Below are positions 1-10,022 of a DNA stretch of 64,000 bases, piece after piece (position 1 is the stretch's first letter; the number at the start of each line of letters is the position of its first letter). The position numbers and the translations under genes are program-made. The notes under the pieces were generated by a model. The model saw only the letters and a list, made by a program, of their open reading frames with translations, was not told the DNA's origin and ran no database searches. Source of the DNA: Candidatus Eiseniibacteriota bacterium (GTDB taxonomy: Bacteria > Eisenbacteria > RBG-16-71-46 > SZUA-252); assembly GCA_043779525.1 (NCBI GenBank), contig JAYWED010000030.1, positions 3,431-67,430 of the forward strand. Direction: 5' to 3'.

Positions 1-503
1 TGGGCGTCGGGCCCTTTCCGTACGAGGGCGAGGAGGACGCCGACCTGATCAACGCGGGGAAGGAGACCGTGACGGTCCTCCCCGGCGCCTCGTTCTTCTC
101 GAGCGCCGATTCCTTCGCGATGGTGCGGGGCGGACACATCGACCTCACGATCCTGGGGGCGATGGAGGTGGACCAGGACGGAAACCTCGCCAACTGGATG
201 GTTCCGGGCAAGATGGTGAAGGGCATGGGAGGGGCCATGGATCTCGTGGCCGGCGCCAAGCGCGTCGTCGTCACCATGCTCCACACCGCCAAGGACGGAA
301 CCTCGAAAGTCTTGAAGAAGTGCGCGCTGCCGCTCACGGGGAAGAAAGTCGTCGATCTCGTCATCACCGATCTCGCCGTGATGGAGGTCACACCGCAGGG
401 GCTCAAGCTCAGGGAAACAGCTCCCGGCGTCACCGTGGATGATGTATTGAAATCGACCGAGGCGGAGCTCTTGGTCGAGGAAGTCTGCGAGATGCCGGTC
501 TGA
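1..503 (+). CDS. scoB: 3-oxoacid CoA-transferase subunit B (5' end outside window)
   Basis: Frame 3 is open from nt 3 ([32 protein letters not shown]...) and continues into track ORF 69..503. The sequence is typical of class I CoA-transferase beta subunits ([22 protein letters not shown]). TGA at 501-503. Confidence 0.85.
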   Translation, partial: GVGPFPYEGEEDADLINAGKETVTVLPGASFFSSADSFAMVRGGHIDLTILGAMEVDQDGNLANWMVPGKMVKGMGGAMDLVAGAKRVVVTMLHTAKDGTSKVLKKCALPLTGKKVVDLVITDLAVMEVTPQGLKLRETAPGVTVDDVLKSTEAELLVEEVCEMPV

Positions 504-519
504 CCGGCGCGGGGACCGG

Positions 520-1728
520 ATGGAAACGATGACGGAGACACGCTCGAACGACCTCTACGAGCTGACCGAAGAGCAGAGCCGCTTGCGCGACATGCTCCGC
601 GAGTTCGCGGACCAGGAGATCGCGCCCAAGGCCTCCCGCTACGACGAGGCCAACGAATTTCCGTGGGAGAACATCAAGAAGATGCGCGATCTGGGCCTCT
701 TCGGGATGATCTTCCCCGAGGAATACGGCGGTCAGGGCCTGGACACGCTGTCCTACGTGATCGCGGTCGAGGAGATCTCGCGCGCGTGCGCGTCCACCGG
801 CATCACGCTGGCGGCCCACGTCTCGCTGGGCACTTCGCCGATCTTCAACTTCGGGACGGAAGCTCAGAAACGGAAGTACCTCCCCGCGCTCTGCAGCGGC
901 GAGAAGCTGGCCGCGTTCGGGCTGACCGAGCCCGAGGCTGGCTCGGACGCGGGCGGAACGAAGACCCGCGCGGTGCTGGAGGGCGGCCAGTACACGGTGA
1001 ACGGCCGGAAGATCTACATCACGAACGGCTCCGTGTGCGGCACGGCCGTCTTCACGGCGGTCACGACCCCGGGCCAGGGTGTCAAGGGGATCTCGGCATT
1101 CATCGTGGAGAAGGGCACGCCGGGCTTCAGCGCCGGCACCCGCGAGAAGAAGCTGGGGCACCGGGCCAGCGACACCGTGGAGCTGCTTTTCGAGAACGTC
1201 AAGCTCCCCAAGGAGAATCTGCTCGAGAAGGACGGCATGGAAGGCCAGGGCTTCAAGCAGTTCATGAAGACGCTGGACGGCGGCCGGATCTCGATCGGCG
1301 CGATGTCGGTCGGCATCGCGCAGGCCTCCTTCGACGCGGCGCTCCGGTATGCGCGCGAGCGGAGGCAATTCGGGAAGGCGATCGCCGAGTTCCAGGCGAT
1401 CCAGCTCCTGCTCGCGGACATGGCCACCGGGATCGAGGCGGCGCGTCTCCTGGTCTACCAGACCGCGCGGCTGAAAGATCGTGGGATCCCGTTCACGCGG
1501 CAGTCCGCGATGGCGAAGCTCCTGGCCTCGACCGTCGCGATGAAGGCGGCGGACACCGCGATCCAGATCCACGGCGGGGCGGGATACATGACCGACCATC
1601 CGGTGGAGCGGTATTTCCGCGACGCCAAGCTCATGGAAATCGGCGAAGGAACCTCTCAGATCCAGCGTCTCGTCATCGCGCGAGAGCTCATTCGGGAAGC
1701 GGAAGGAGAACGAAATGGAAGATCGTGA
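520..1728 (+). CDS. acyl-CoA dehydrogenase (short-chain/butyryl-CoA type)
   Basis: 402-aa ORF with ACAD hallmarks [14 protein letters not shown] and [17 protein letters not shown]. Overlaps the next gene by 14 nt. Confidence 0.9.
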   Translation: METMTETRSNDLYELTEEQSRLRDMLREFADQEIAPKASRYDEANEFPWENIKKMRDLGLFGMIFPEEYGGQGLDTLSYVIAVEEISRACASTGITLAAHVSLGTSPIFNFGTEAQKRKYLPALCSGEKLAAFGLTEPEAGSDAGGTKTRAVLEGGQYTVNGRKIYITNGSVCGTAVFTAVTTPGQGVKGISAFIVEKGTPGFSAGTREKKLGHRASDTVELLFENVKLPKENLLEKDGMEGQGFKQFMKTLDGGRISIGAMSVGIAQASFDAALRYARERRQFGKAIAEFQAIQLLLADMATGIEAARLLVYQTARLKDRGIPFTRQSAMAKLLASTVAMKAADTAIQIHGGAGYMTDHPVERYFRDAKLMEIGEGTSQIQRLVIARELIREAEGERNGRS

Positions 1729-2902
1729 CGCCTACATCGTGAGCGCCTGCCGGACCGCCATCGGCGAGTTCCTCGGCGGGCTCTCCTCGCTTGCGGCGCC
1801 CGAGCTGGGCGCCGTGGCCATCCGCGAAGCCGTGAGCCGCGCGGGCATCCAGCCGGGCGACGTCGAGGAAGTCCTCATGGGCAACGTGGTCCAGGCGGGG
1901 GTCGGCCAGGCGCCGGCGCGCCAGGCGGCCATCAAGGCCGGCATTCCAAACACCGTGGGCGCCACGACGGTGAACAAGGTGTGTGGCTCGGGGCTCAAGG
2001 CGGTCATGCTCGCGTCGCAGGCCATCAGGGCCGGCGATGGCGACATCATCGTCGCGGGTGGGATGGAATCCATGTCCAACGCCCCCTACTACCTGCCCAA
2101 GGCGCGCGTGGGCTACCGGCTGGGGAACGGAGAGCTTGTGGACGGCGTGATCCTGGACGGGCTCTGGGACTCCTTCAACAACTTCCACATGGGAAGCGCG
2201 GCCGAGTTGATCGCGCGGAAATTCAAGGTCACGCGCGAGGATCAGGACCGTTTTTCCGTGGAGAGCCATCAGAAGGCGGTCCGCGCGCAGAAGGAAGGCA
2301 AGTTCAAGGACGAGATCGTTCCGGTTCTCGTGCCGCAGCGGAAGGGCGAGCCCAAGTGCTTCTGCGTGGACGAGCGCCCTCGCGCGGACTCGACTCTGGA
2401 GTCCCTCGCGAAGCTCCGCCCCGCTTTCGAGAAGGACGGCACCGTCACAGCGGCGAACGCGCCGGGCCTGAACGACGGCGCCTCGGCGGTCGTCGTCATG
2501 TCGGGAGCGGCGGTGAAGCGCACGGGTATCAAGCCCATGGCGCGCGTCACCGGATACGCGACCGGCGGCACGGCGCCCGAGATGGTCTTCTACGCGCCCG
2601 TCGTCGCGGTCAAGAAGCTGGCGGAGAAGCTGCGCCGCAAACCCAACGACTGGGACCTGATCGAGGCGAACGAGGCCTTCGCGGCCCAGGCGATCGTGGA
2701 CGCGCGCGAGCTGGAGTGGGATTTCTCGAAGCTCAACGTGAACGGCGGCGCGGTCGCCCTCGGACATCCGATCGGGGCGAGCGGCGCCCGGGTGCTCACG
2801 ACCCTGCTCTACGCGATGCGGGACCGAAAGGCCAAGACCGGCCTCGCGACGCTGTGCCTCGGGGGCGGCAACGCGGTCGCCCTCAGCGTCGAGGCCGTGT
2901 AG
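1715..2902 (+). CDS. acetyl-CoA C-acetyltransferase (thiolase II)
   Basis: 395 aa with [10 protein letters not shown] active-site Cys, [17 protein letters not shown] and [17 protein letters not shown] Shine-Dalgarno sits before ATG 1715. Confidence 0.92.
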   Translation: MEDRDAYIVSACRTAIGEFLGGLSSLAAPELGAVAIREAVSRAGIQPGDVEEVLMGNVVQAGVGQAPARQAAIKAGIPNTVGATTVNKVCGSGLKAVMLASQAIRAGDGDIIVAGGMESMSNAPYYLPKARVGYRLGNGELVDGVILDGLWDSFNNFHMGSAAELIARKFKVTREDQDRFSVESHQKAVRAQKEGKFKDEIVPVLVPQRKGEPKCFCVDERPRADSTLESLAKLRPAFEKDGTVTAANAPGLNDGASAVVVMSGAAVKRTGIKPMARVTGYATGGTAPEMVFYAPVVAVKKLAEKLRRKPNDWDLIEANEAFAAQAIVDARELEWDFSKLNVNGGAVALGHPIGASGARVLTTLLYAMRDRKAKTGLATLCLGGGNAVALSVEAV

Positions 2903-3771
2903 TGGGGGTCGCAACGGCCGCGCGCCCGGTCGCGGTGATCGGCGCCGGCACCATGGGAAGCGGGATCGCGCAGGTGTTCGCGGCGGCGGGACGCTCCGTC
3001 TATCTCAGGGATCAGGACGAGGCGGCCGTCCAGCGCGGCGTCGCCGCGATCGCCAAGAGCCTGGATCGCCTCATCAAGAAGGGAACTCTGGACGCCGCGG
3101 CGCGCGATCAGACGCTGGGACGGATCCGCGGCGCCGTCCAGGGACTGCCTCTCTCGGAATGCGCCTTCGCGGTGGAGGCGGTCCCCGAGCGGCTGGAGCT
3201 GAAAAAGGCGGTGCTCCGGGAGCTGGACTCGGTTCTTCCCAAGGACGCCGTCCTGGCCACCAACACTTCCTCGATTTCGATCACCGAGCTGGCCGCGGCC
3301 ACGGCACGCCCTTCGCGCGTCATCGGCATGCATTTCATGAACCCGGTCCCGTTGATGCCGCTCGTCGAGGTCGTGCGCGGGCTCGAGACGTCGGAGGAGA
3401 CCGTGAGCGCGACCATGGATCTGGCCCGCTCGCTCGGGAAGACGCCGGTGCTGGTGGAGGACCGGCCCGGATTCGTCTCGAACCGGGTCCTCCTCCCGAT
3501 GATCAACGAGGCGGTGTTCGCGTTGCAAGAAGGCGTCGCGACGCGCGAGGCGATCGACACGGTCATGAAGCTCGGCATGAATCACCCCATCGGCCCGCTG
3601 GCGCTGGCCGACCTCATCGGCCTCGACGTCTGCCTCGACATCCTGGAAGTGCTCCACCGCGGTTTCGGCGACGACAAGTACCGGCCGTGCCCTTTGTGGC
3701 GTCAGATGGTCTCGGCCGGAAGGCTGGGCCGGAAATCGGGTCGAGGATTTTACGAATACCCCGATTCCTAG
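2902..3771 (+). CDS. hbd: 3-hydroxybutyryl-CoA dehydrogenase
   Basis: GTG 2902 shares one nt with the thiolase TAG (2900-2902). VAVIGAGTMGSGIA Rossmann motif, HFMNPVPLMPLVEV, and a C-terminal 3HCDH-like region. The first ~300 aa of track ORF 1981..3771 are an alternate frame of the thiolase. Confidence 0.9.
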   Translation: MGVATAARPVAVIGAGTMGSGIAQVFAAAGRSVYLRDQDEAAVQRGVAAIAKSLDRLIKKGTLDAAARDQTLGRIRGAVQGLPLSECAFAVEAVPERLELKKAVLRELDSVLPKDAVLATNTSSISITELAAATARPSRVIGMHFMNPVPLMPLVEVVRGLETSEETVSATMDLARSLGKTPVLVEDRPGFVSNRVLLPMINEAVFALQEGVATREAIDTVMKLGMNHPIGPLALADLIGLDVCLDILEVLHRGFGDDKYRPCPLWRQMVSAGRLGRKSGRGFYEYPDS

Positions 3772-3777
3772 GCCCCG

Positions 3778-4938
3778 ATGAACTTCCAGCTCACGGAGCA
3801 GCAGGAAATGCTCCGCGCGGTCACCCGCTCCTTCGCGGAAGGGGAGATCGCGCCGATTGCCCGCCAGATCGACGCCACCGAGGAAATTCCCCAATCCCTG
3901 CGGAAGAAGCTGCGCGACAATAATTACTTCGCGCTCTCGATCCCCGAGGAGTACGGCGGGGCCGAAGTGGACGCGGTCGGCTACGTGCTCGTGATGGAGG
4001 AGCTGGCCCGCGCTTCCGCCGCCGTCGCGATCACCGTTTCGGTCCACAATTCCGTCGCCGCGGGGCCGATCAACCGCTTCGGAAGCGACGCGCAGAAGGC
4101 CCGCTGGCTTCCGAGCCTCGCCAAGGAGACGCTCGGCGCCTTCGCCCTCACCGAGCCGGGCTCAGGGTCCGATTCCGCCGCCCTCATCACCCGGGCGGAG
4201 CGCCGCGGAGAGGAATACATCCTCAACGGGACCAAGACCTTCGTGACCAACGGCCGGTACGCGGACGTGTTCGTGCTTTTGGCCCGGACGAGTCAGGAGT
4301 CGAAGCATCGCGGAATCAGCGCGTTCCTGGTCGAGCGCAACTCCCCCGGCCTCGGGATCGGAAAGAACATCGAGAAGATGGGCATTCGCGGTTCCGACAC
4401 GGTTGAATTGGTCCTGGAGAACTGCCGCGTGCCGGTCGCGAATCGTCTTCACGACGAGGGCCGCGGATTCCGCGTCGCCATGCAGACCCTGGACGGCGGT
4501 CGCATCGGAGTCGCCGCCCAGGCGCTGGGCATCGCCCAGGCCTCCCTCGACGCGGCGTCGCGCTACGCGCGCGAGCGCCACCAGTTCGGTCACGCCATCG
4601 GCGACTTCCAGGCCATCCAGTGGATGATCGCGGAGATGCGGACCGAGATCGAGGCGTCCCGGCTCCTCACCCTCCAGGCCGCGTGGATGAAGGACCAGGA
4701 CATTCCCTACGGACCCTTCGCGTCCATGGCCAAGCTCAAGGCCTCGGCGGTCGCGCGCATGGCCGCGGACCGCGCGGTACAGATCCATGGAGGATACGGG
4801 TACACCAAGGAGTACGCGGTGGAGCGGTATTATCGCGACGCCAAGGTTACGGAGCTGTACGAAGGAACCTCGGAAATCCAGCATATCGTGATCGCCAATT
4901 CGGTTCTCCATCCGAAAGACGGAAAGGTCTCGACGTGA
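3778..4938 (+). CDS. acyl-CoA dehydrogenase (second paralog)
   Basis: 386 aa with FALTEPGSGSDSAA and TELYEGTSEIQHIVIA. Confidence 0.9.
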   Translation: MNFQLTEQQEMLRAVTRSFAEGEIAPIARQIDATEEIPQSLRKKLRDNNYFALSIPEEYGGAEVDAVGYVLVMEELARASAAVAITVSVHNSVAAGPINRFGSDAQKARWLPSLAKETLGAFALTEPGSGSDSAALITRAERRGEEYILNGTKTFVTNGRYADVFVLLARTSQESKHRGISAFLVERNSPGLGIGKNIEKMGIRGSDTVELVLENCRVPVANRLHDEGRGFRVAMQTLDGGRIGVAAQALGIAQASLDAASRYARERHQFGHAIGDFQAIQWMIAEMRTEIEASRLLTLQAAWMKDQDIPYGPFASMAKLKASAVARMAADRAVQIHGGYGYTKEYAVERYYRDAKVTELYEGTSEIQHIVIANSVLHPKDGKVST

Positions 4939-6041
4939 AATCCAAAGTCGCTGTGCTTCGCACGACCGCGCGGACCGTGGTGGACGACATCGGCCGCTTG
5001 ATGGAGCTTGCCGATTGCAGCGCCGAGATCAAGCCCGACCGGACCACCCTCCTGAAAGTGAACATCTCCTGGCACGTCTACTATCCGGGGTGCTCCACCA
5101 GCCCCTGGCAGCTCGAAGGCGTCGTGCGCGCGCTCGAGAAGACGGGTTTTGCACGAGACCGCATCCTCGCCGCGCAAAATTCAACGGTGGTCGTGGACCC
5201 GCACGTGGGCATCCGGAACAACAAGCTCGAGCCGGTGTTGGATCAGTACGGGATACGGTCGATTTGGCTGAACGACAAGGAGAGCGAGGCCGATTGGATA
5301 CGGTACGAGCCGAAGGGGAAGATGCTCGTCCTGAACGACGTCTATCCGGACGGGCTCATGCTTCCGAAGACGCTCATGGGCGCGAACATCATCCATCTGC
5401 CCACGCTCAAGACGCACGTCTTCACGGAAATGACGGGCGCCATGAAGAACGCGTTCGGCGGCTTGCTCCACCTGAAGCGCCACTGGACCCACAGCGTGAT
5501 CCACGAGACGCTCGTGGACCTGCTCACGATCCAGAAGGAGATTCACCCGGGGATCTTCGCCGTCATGGACGGGGTGATCGCGGGAGACGGGCCCGGCCCC
5601 CGCGCCATGCGGCCTCACGTGGCGAACCTTCTGCTCGCTTCACGAGATCAGGTGGCCATCGACGCGACGGCGGCCATGCTGATGGGGTTCGATCCCATGA
5701 CGATCAAGTTCATACGCCTCGCGAACGACGCCAAGCTGGGGAACGGAGATCCGCGCTCGATCGAGCTTGTGGGGGACGACGTGTCGAACGTGAACCTGGG
5801 CTTCCACCGCAACGAGAACACGTTCGCCTCCAAGGGGCAGAAGCTCATCTATCACGGGCCCCTGAAGCCCCTGGAGAAGATTCTGCTTCGGAGTCCGCTC
5901 GTGCCGTGGTCCTATTTCGCGTCGCGTCTCTATCACGACGGATACTGGTATCCGTTCGTCGGGATTCCTCGAAAGAAGAAGGTCATGGAATCGGAATGGG
6001 GAAAGCTCTTCCGCGAGTACGAACCCAAAGGGCAGGAGTGA
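4935..6041 (+). CDS. DUF362 domain protein
   Basis: GTG 4935 overlaps the ACAD stop (GTGA). The protein from VKSKVAVLRT... has LLKVNISW, HLPTLKTH and AVMDGVIAGDGPGP, which resemble DUF362. The upstream part of track ORF 4620..6041 is an alternate frame of the ACAD. Confidence 0.6.
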   Translation: MKSKVAVLRTTARTVVDDIGRLMELADCSAEIKPDRTTLLKVNISWHVYYPGCSTSPWQLEGVVRALEKTGFARDRILAAQNSTVVVDPHVGIRNNKLEPVLDQYGIRSIWLNDKESEADWIRYEPKGKMLVLNDVYPDGLMLPKTLMGANIIHLPTLKTHVFTEMTGAMKNAFGGLLHLKRHWTHSVIHETLVDLLTIQKEIHPGIFAVMDGVIAGDGPGPRAMRPHVANLLLASRDQVAIDATAAMLMGFDPMTIKFIRLANDAKLGNGDPRSIELVGDDVSNVNLGFHRNENTFASKGQKLIYHGPLKPLEKILLRSPLVPWSYFASRLYHDGYWYPFVGIPRKKKVMESEWGKLFREYEPKGQE

Positions 6042-6072
6042 GGCGGGATCTGGTCCCGCCCGGGAGGAAGCG

Positions 6073-6846
6073 ATGAGATTCGATACCGGAATTCATCCGA
6101 GACAGTGGCACCGGGGAGCGTGGCTTCTGGCGTTCCTGCTTGCAGCGCTCGTGATGCTCTTGACCCACCGCCCGTCGGGCGGCCGCGCGTTCGCCATGGA
6201 GCCGGATCCGGTTTCTCCGCCTCCGGTCCAGGAATCGCCGCCTCCTCCCGACGACGCGGTGAAGGCCGCGCCCGTCGAGTCTCCCTCGGTCGCTGCCGAA
6301 CCGGCGCCCGGCTCCCCGGAGCGCCAGGGCGCGGGCTACGTCGCGGAGATCGTGGACTCGTCCTACACGGTTGGGCCGGCCGAGTTCTTCGCGCTGGACC
6401 TGCCGACGCATCCGGCGGGCGCCATGGCGGTTCATCTCTTCGGGACGGTGACCACGAAAGGGAAGAAGGACATCGTGGTCCGTCTGTTTCGCTCCGCGGA
6501 CTACGATCTCTGGCTGAAGCAGAAGAGCGGCAGAAAGCCCGGGGCATTCTGGACGTCGCCCCGCTCAGGAAACCTCACGCTGGACCAGGATCTTCCGGCC
6601 GGACAGCCGGTCGTGATGCTCCTCGACAACGGCTATTCCATCCGCACGGCCAAGCGGGTCACCTGCCAGCTCCAGCTGCGCTATCAGCGGAGCGGCACCG
6701 AGACGTTCGATACCGAGGGTGGAGGCGCGGCGGGATCCGCCACCGTGGCGAAGCCCGCGGAGCCGGACGACAATCTGCCGACGCCGCGGTCGAACGCAGA
6801 CGAGGAGATGCCCGCTCCGCCGCCGCCGCCGCCGAGCGGCTACTGA
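6073..6846 (+). CDS. hypothetical membrane-anchored protein with Pro-rich linker
   Basis: N-terminal TM helix AWLLAFLLAALVMLL, a Pro/Ala-rich spacer, a ~130-aa C-terminal globular part and a PPPPPP tail. No family recognised. Confidence 0.5.
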   Translation: MRFDTGIHPRQWHRGAWLLAFLLAALVMLLTHRPSGGRAFAMEPDPVSPPPVQESPPPPDDAVKAAPVESPSVAAEPAPGSPERQGAGYVAEIVDSSYTVGPAEFFALDLPTHPAGAMAVHLFGTVTTKGKKDIVVRLFRSADYDLWLKQKSGRKPGAFWTSPRSGNLTLDQDLPAGQPVVMLLDNGYSIRTAKRVTCQLQLRYQRSGTETFDTEGGGAAGSATVAKPAEPDDNLPTPRSNADEEMPAPPPPPPSGY

Positions 6847-8288
6847 CCGCCGCGGGCGGGAACGCGCTGATTACGGGGGCCGCGCAGAAGCAATAGCTGG
6901 CCGCCCTCGCCATACCTTCGCTGGTCTTGCGGCACCTCGACCGTGTGCGCCTGCACGGTCAGGAGCCAGCTGTCCTCGCCGAACAGGTCGCTCACGTTGG
7001 TGATCCCGCTCGTCTCCCACTCGCCGCCGATGCCCGCGGGCGCGGGACGGCCCCGTGTGTCCCGCTCCGCGCATTCGGCCACCGTCTCGAGCCGGTGCGC
7101 GCGCAGGTCATAGCGCAGAATCCGCGATGGATGGATTCCCCGGGAGCCCGGAAATTCCTGGATCATCACGCATTGGTCATCCGCGTCGATGCTGGATGGA
7201 CGGAACATGTCGTCCCCCTCGCTCGCATCGAGCACGACCGCCAGCTCGGTGACCTGCTTCGGGTCGAAGGCGTCGAGCGTCATGTGGTAGAGCCGCCCTC
7301 CGCCCGCAGCGGTCTGGATGATCGCCCCCTGCTCGTATCCTAGCCGGTCCGTGAAGTAGAAGGAGTTGAGCCGCTCCCGGTCCACCGCGAGACCCTCCAG
7401 CCGGACGAAATTGAGGCCGCCGAGATTCTGTACGAGGGGATCCAGCGTCATCGTCGAGCGGGCCGAGGCCGCGCTCACCGGGATGAACGCGCCGGTCACC
7501 GGCACTCCCCGGCGCAACCGTGAGGCGCTTCGCGAATCGAACGGAACGGCCCCGGGGTCGGCGCGAAACACGTAGAGCTGGCCGCGTCCGGACAGGACGT
7601 CGGTGTCCGAATTCGCGATGAAGAGGTAGATCTGGTCGACGCCGAGGGTCGAGCTGCCGCCGGTCAGCACTAAGATTGACTTGCCCCCCGTCGCCGGCAG
7701 GGAGATCGTGCTCTTGTGCGCCATCGCGCCGAGCCAGGGCAGATCCTGGACCGCGCCGCCCATGGCGTCGATCGCCGACACCAATGGATACCGCGTCCGG
7801 TGGCCGCGCTCGTTCACCAGGAACTCGGGTGTCAGGAATCCGACTCGCGAGTCCAGAAGGGCAGCGTGGCCCAGCGCCTGATATCCGCGGTCCGGACGGA
7901 GCAGGCATTCCGCGGCCAGCACGCCCGAATTCCTTAGATCCAGCACGATGCGCGAGACCATGCCTCCCTCGACGCCGTCCAGCCATGCGTCCGCGTGCGA
8001 GACGTACACCTCCGCGGTTCCATCGCCCCTGTTCCGCGCCCCCAATCCGGAGGCTTTTCCCGCGAACACGAAGGGAACCTGGCCCGGCTCGTCGGAGAAG
8101 AGTGTGTCGCCCGCGCTCAGGATCGGCGTGATCCGGACGTCGGGGCGAAGCGAGCGGACCATGGGGGCCGAGAGCGTGAGGAATCCCGAGCCCGGCCCAG
8201 TCGTGGAGCGCACGCGCGAGGAGCCGGCGCATCCCTGGCCGCCGAGCGTCGCCAGGATGAGCGCGATCGCGATTCGGGAACGATCCAC
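6840..8288 (-). CDS. secreted protein/lipoprotein, possibly PhoX/DUF839-like beta-propeller
   Basis: Signal peptide MDRSRIAIALILATLGGQGC. The C-terminal GGEWETSGITNV...WLLTVQAH resembles DUF839 C-termini. The functional call is weak. Confidence 0.5.
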   Translation of the reverse strand: MDRSRIAIALILATLGGQGCAGSSRVRSTTGPGSGFLTLSAPMVRSLRPDVRITPILSAGDTLFSDEPGQVPFVFAGKASGLGARNRGDGTAEVYVSHADAWLDGVEGGMVSRIVLDLRNSGVLAAECLLRPDRGYQALGHAALLDSRVGFLTPEFLVNERGHRTRYPLVSAIDAMGGAVQDLPWLGAMAHKSTISLPATGGKSILVLTGGSSTLGVDQIYLFIANSDTDVLSGRGQLYVFRADPGAVPFDSRSASRLRRGVPVTGAFIPVSAASARSTMTLDPLVQNLGGLNFVRLEGLAVDRERLNSFYFTDRLGYEQGAIIQTAAGGGRLYHMTLDAFDPKQVTELAVVLDASEGDDMFRPSSIDADDQCVMIQEFPGSRGIHPSRILRYDLRAHRLETVAECAERDTRGRPAPAGIGGEWETSGITNVSDLFGEDSWLLTVQAHTVEVPQDQRRYGEGGQLLLLRGPRNQRVPARGGQ

Positions 8289-8290
8289 CC

Positions 8291-8746
8291 TCAGTCGTTC
8301 TCCCCGGCTCCCGCCTTCGGCACCACGTATTGCCCCTTCTCGCGCCGGACGACCTCCACCGGCACGCCCTGGTCGCTGTCCACGTAGTAGATCAGCGTCA
8401 CGTCGTTGTCCGTGAGATCGAGATGATGCTGCCGCTTGGCGTAGTCCAGGACGTTCGCCCGGATTACGTCCACGATGGCCTCGATCTCGTGCTTCGCTCC
8501 TTCGACATTGTCGGTGCTGCCGATGATCTCCGCCACCACGTCCCTGTGGTCGCGGTCGTAATAGACGAGCGTCGGCTCCTCGATCCCCGCGGTGATTCTC
8601 AGGATGCTCGACGTGCGCTGCGCGATGTCGTCGCCGACCGTGTAGTCGTACTTGGCGTCCAGCTTGGGATTGTGGATGACGTTCGCGCAGGCTGCGATGG
8701 ACAGCCCGGCGAGCAGGGCCCCGGCGAGCAGCAGCTTCCCCCTCAT
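8291..8746 (-). CDS. hypothetical lipoprotein
   Basis: ATG at 8746 overlaps the epimerase stop as ATGA (8743-8746). Lipobox LSIAAC follows MRGKLLLAGALLAG. No family recognised. Confidence 0.6.
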   Translation of the reverse strand: MRGKLLLAGALLAGLSIAACANVIHNPKLDAKYDYTVGDDIAQRTSSILRITAGIEEPTLVYYDRDHRDVVAEIIGSTDNVEGAKHEIEAIVDVIRANVLDYAKRQHHLDLTDNDVTLIYYVDSDQGVPVEVVRREKGQYVVPKAGAGEND

Positions 8747-9159
8747 GTCTCCCTCCGTTGGCAAAGTTCGACGAGCACCCCGTTCAGGGTTCGGGGACTC
8801 AGGAACGCGATCTTCGTGTTGTGGCTGCCGTCCCGGGGCGCCCGGTCGATCAGGTCCAGGCCGGCGGCTTCCGCCTCGCGCAACGCGCGTTCGAGATCCG
8901 GGACCATAAACGAGAGATGGTGGATGCCCTCGCCCCGCTTCGCGAGAAAACGTCCCACGGGCGAATCCGCGGAGGTGGGCTCCAGAAGCTCGAGCTCCGC
9001 GCCGTCGCCGCCCCGCAGAAATGCGATCCGTAGATTCATGGACGTGAACTCGACTGTTTCAGTGTGCGCCCATCCGAGCGCCCCGACCCAGACCGGGATC
9101 GCCTGCTCCAGGGAGCGCACCGCGATTCCGACGTGGGCCAGGCCGAGCGTCCGGCTCAG
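8743..9159 (-). CDS. mce: methylmalonyl-CoA epimerase (VOC fold), probable CTG start
   Basis: LGLAHVGIAVRSLEQA...GEGIHHLSFMV...VLVELCQ is typical of MCE. There is no in-frame ATG/GTG/TTG between the uppP stop (9183-9185) and the essential N-terminal His strand. CTG 9157-9159 is preceded by GGAGGA. Confidence 0.75.
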   Translation of the reverse strand: MSRTLGLAHVGIAVRSLEQAIPVWVGALGWAHTETVEFTSMNLRIAFLRGGDGAELELLEPTSADSPVGRFLAKRGEGIHHLSFMVPDLERALREAEAAGLDLIDRAPRDGSHNTKIAFLSPRTLNGVLVELCQRRET

Positions 9160-9182
9160 GGCTCCTCCGTGGTCCCCGCGGC

Positions 9183-10016
9183 TCAGGGCGCGCCCCGCAT
9201 GCGGCCCCAGAGCAGCGCGAGTAGGACGAGGCCGAGAGCGATCCGGTACCAGCCGAATGGCGCAAGCCCGTGCCGTGTCAGCCAGCGGACGAAGGTCCGG
9301 ATGGCGATCGCGGCCACCAGGGCCGCCGCGGCGATCCCGACCAGCATGGCCGCGGGACCTACCGCCGCGCCGCCCAGGAGCGCCTCGTGGGATTTCAGAA
9401 AGCCATAGAGGGTGGCGGCTCCCAGGGTTGGGAGCGCGAGGAGGAAGGAAAACTCGGCGGCGGCCACGGCCGAGCAGCCGAACAGCAGGCCGGCCAGGAT
9501 GGTGACCATGGAGCGCGAGGTGCCCGGCCAGAGCGACGCGCACTGGAACAATCCGATCAGGAAGGCCACCCGGATCGGGATCGCGTCCACGCTCTCGTAG
9601 GCGGGGGCCGCGCCGCGTGCGCGGCGCCACCGCTCGAAGACCACCATCACCACGCCCCCGACAAAGAGCGCGGCCGCGACCGGGAGCGGTCCGAAGAGGT
9701 GCTCCTCGACGGCGTGGTGCAGCAGGAGGCCCAGCGCCGCCGCGGGCAGGAACGCGACGATCAACCCAAGGAGCAGCCTTCGCCCGGGGGTGCCGGGCTG
9801 CGCGATTCCCCGGAGCGCCTCGAGGACGCGGGCGCGGTAGAGCCAGAGGACCGCCAGAAGGGCCCCGCCCTGGATCACGATCTCGAAATCGTTCATGACC
9901 TGGCCGAAGAGTCCCATCGCGTGCCCCGCCAGGATGAGATGCCCCGTCGAGGACACGGGAAGAAATTCCGTGAGACCCTCCACAGCTCCCAGAACAGCCG
10001 CCTGCAATAGATTCAC
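9183..10016 (-). CDS. uppP: undecaprenyl-diphosphate phosphatase
   Basis: 277 aa, polytopic membrane protein with the EGLTEFLPVSSTGHL signature. Confidence 0.9.
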   Translation of the reverse strand: MNLLQAAVLGAVEGLTEFLPVSSTGHLILAGHAMGLFGQVMNDFEIVIQGGALLAVLWLYRARVLEALRGIAQPGTPGRRLLLGLIVAFLPAAALGLLLHHAVEEHLFGPLPVAAALFVGGVVMVVFERWRRARGAAPAYESVDAIPIRVAFLIGLFQCASLWPGTSRSMVTILAGLLFGCSAVAAAEFSFLLALPTLGAATLYGFLKSHEALLGGAAVGPAAMLVGIAAAALVAAIAIRTFVRWLTRHGLAPFGWYRIALGLVLLALLWGRMRGAP

Positions 10017-10022
10017 GTCGCC

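Noticed and set aside
430-2914. Long antisense ORFs (430..1599 and 1688..2914, minus strand) opposite the acyl-CoA dehydrogenase and thiolase genes
   Set aside because: They are Arg/Gly/Pro/Asp-rich with no motifs, and they exactly shadow genes with clear family signatures. This is the typical high-GC antisense open-frame artefact. The same reasoning applies to 19145..21193(-), 24455..27007(-), 35132..36832(-) and 43533..44924(-).
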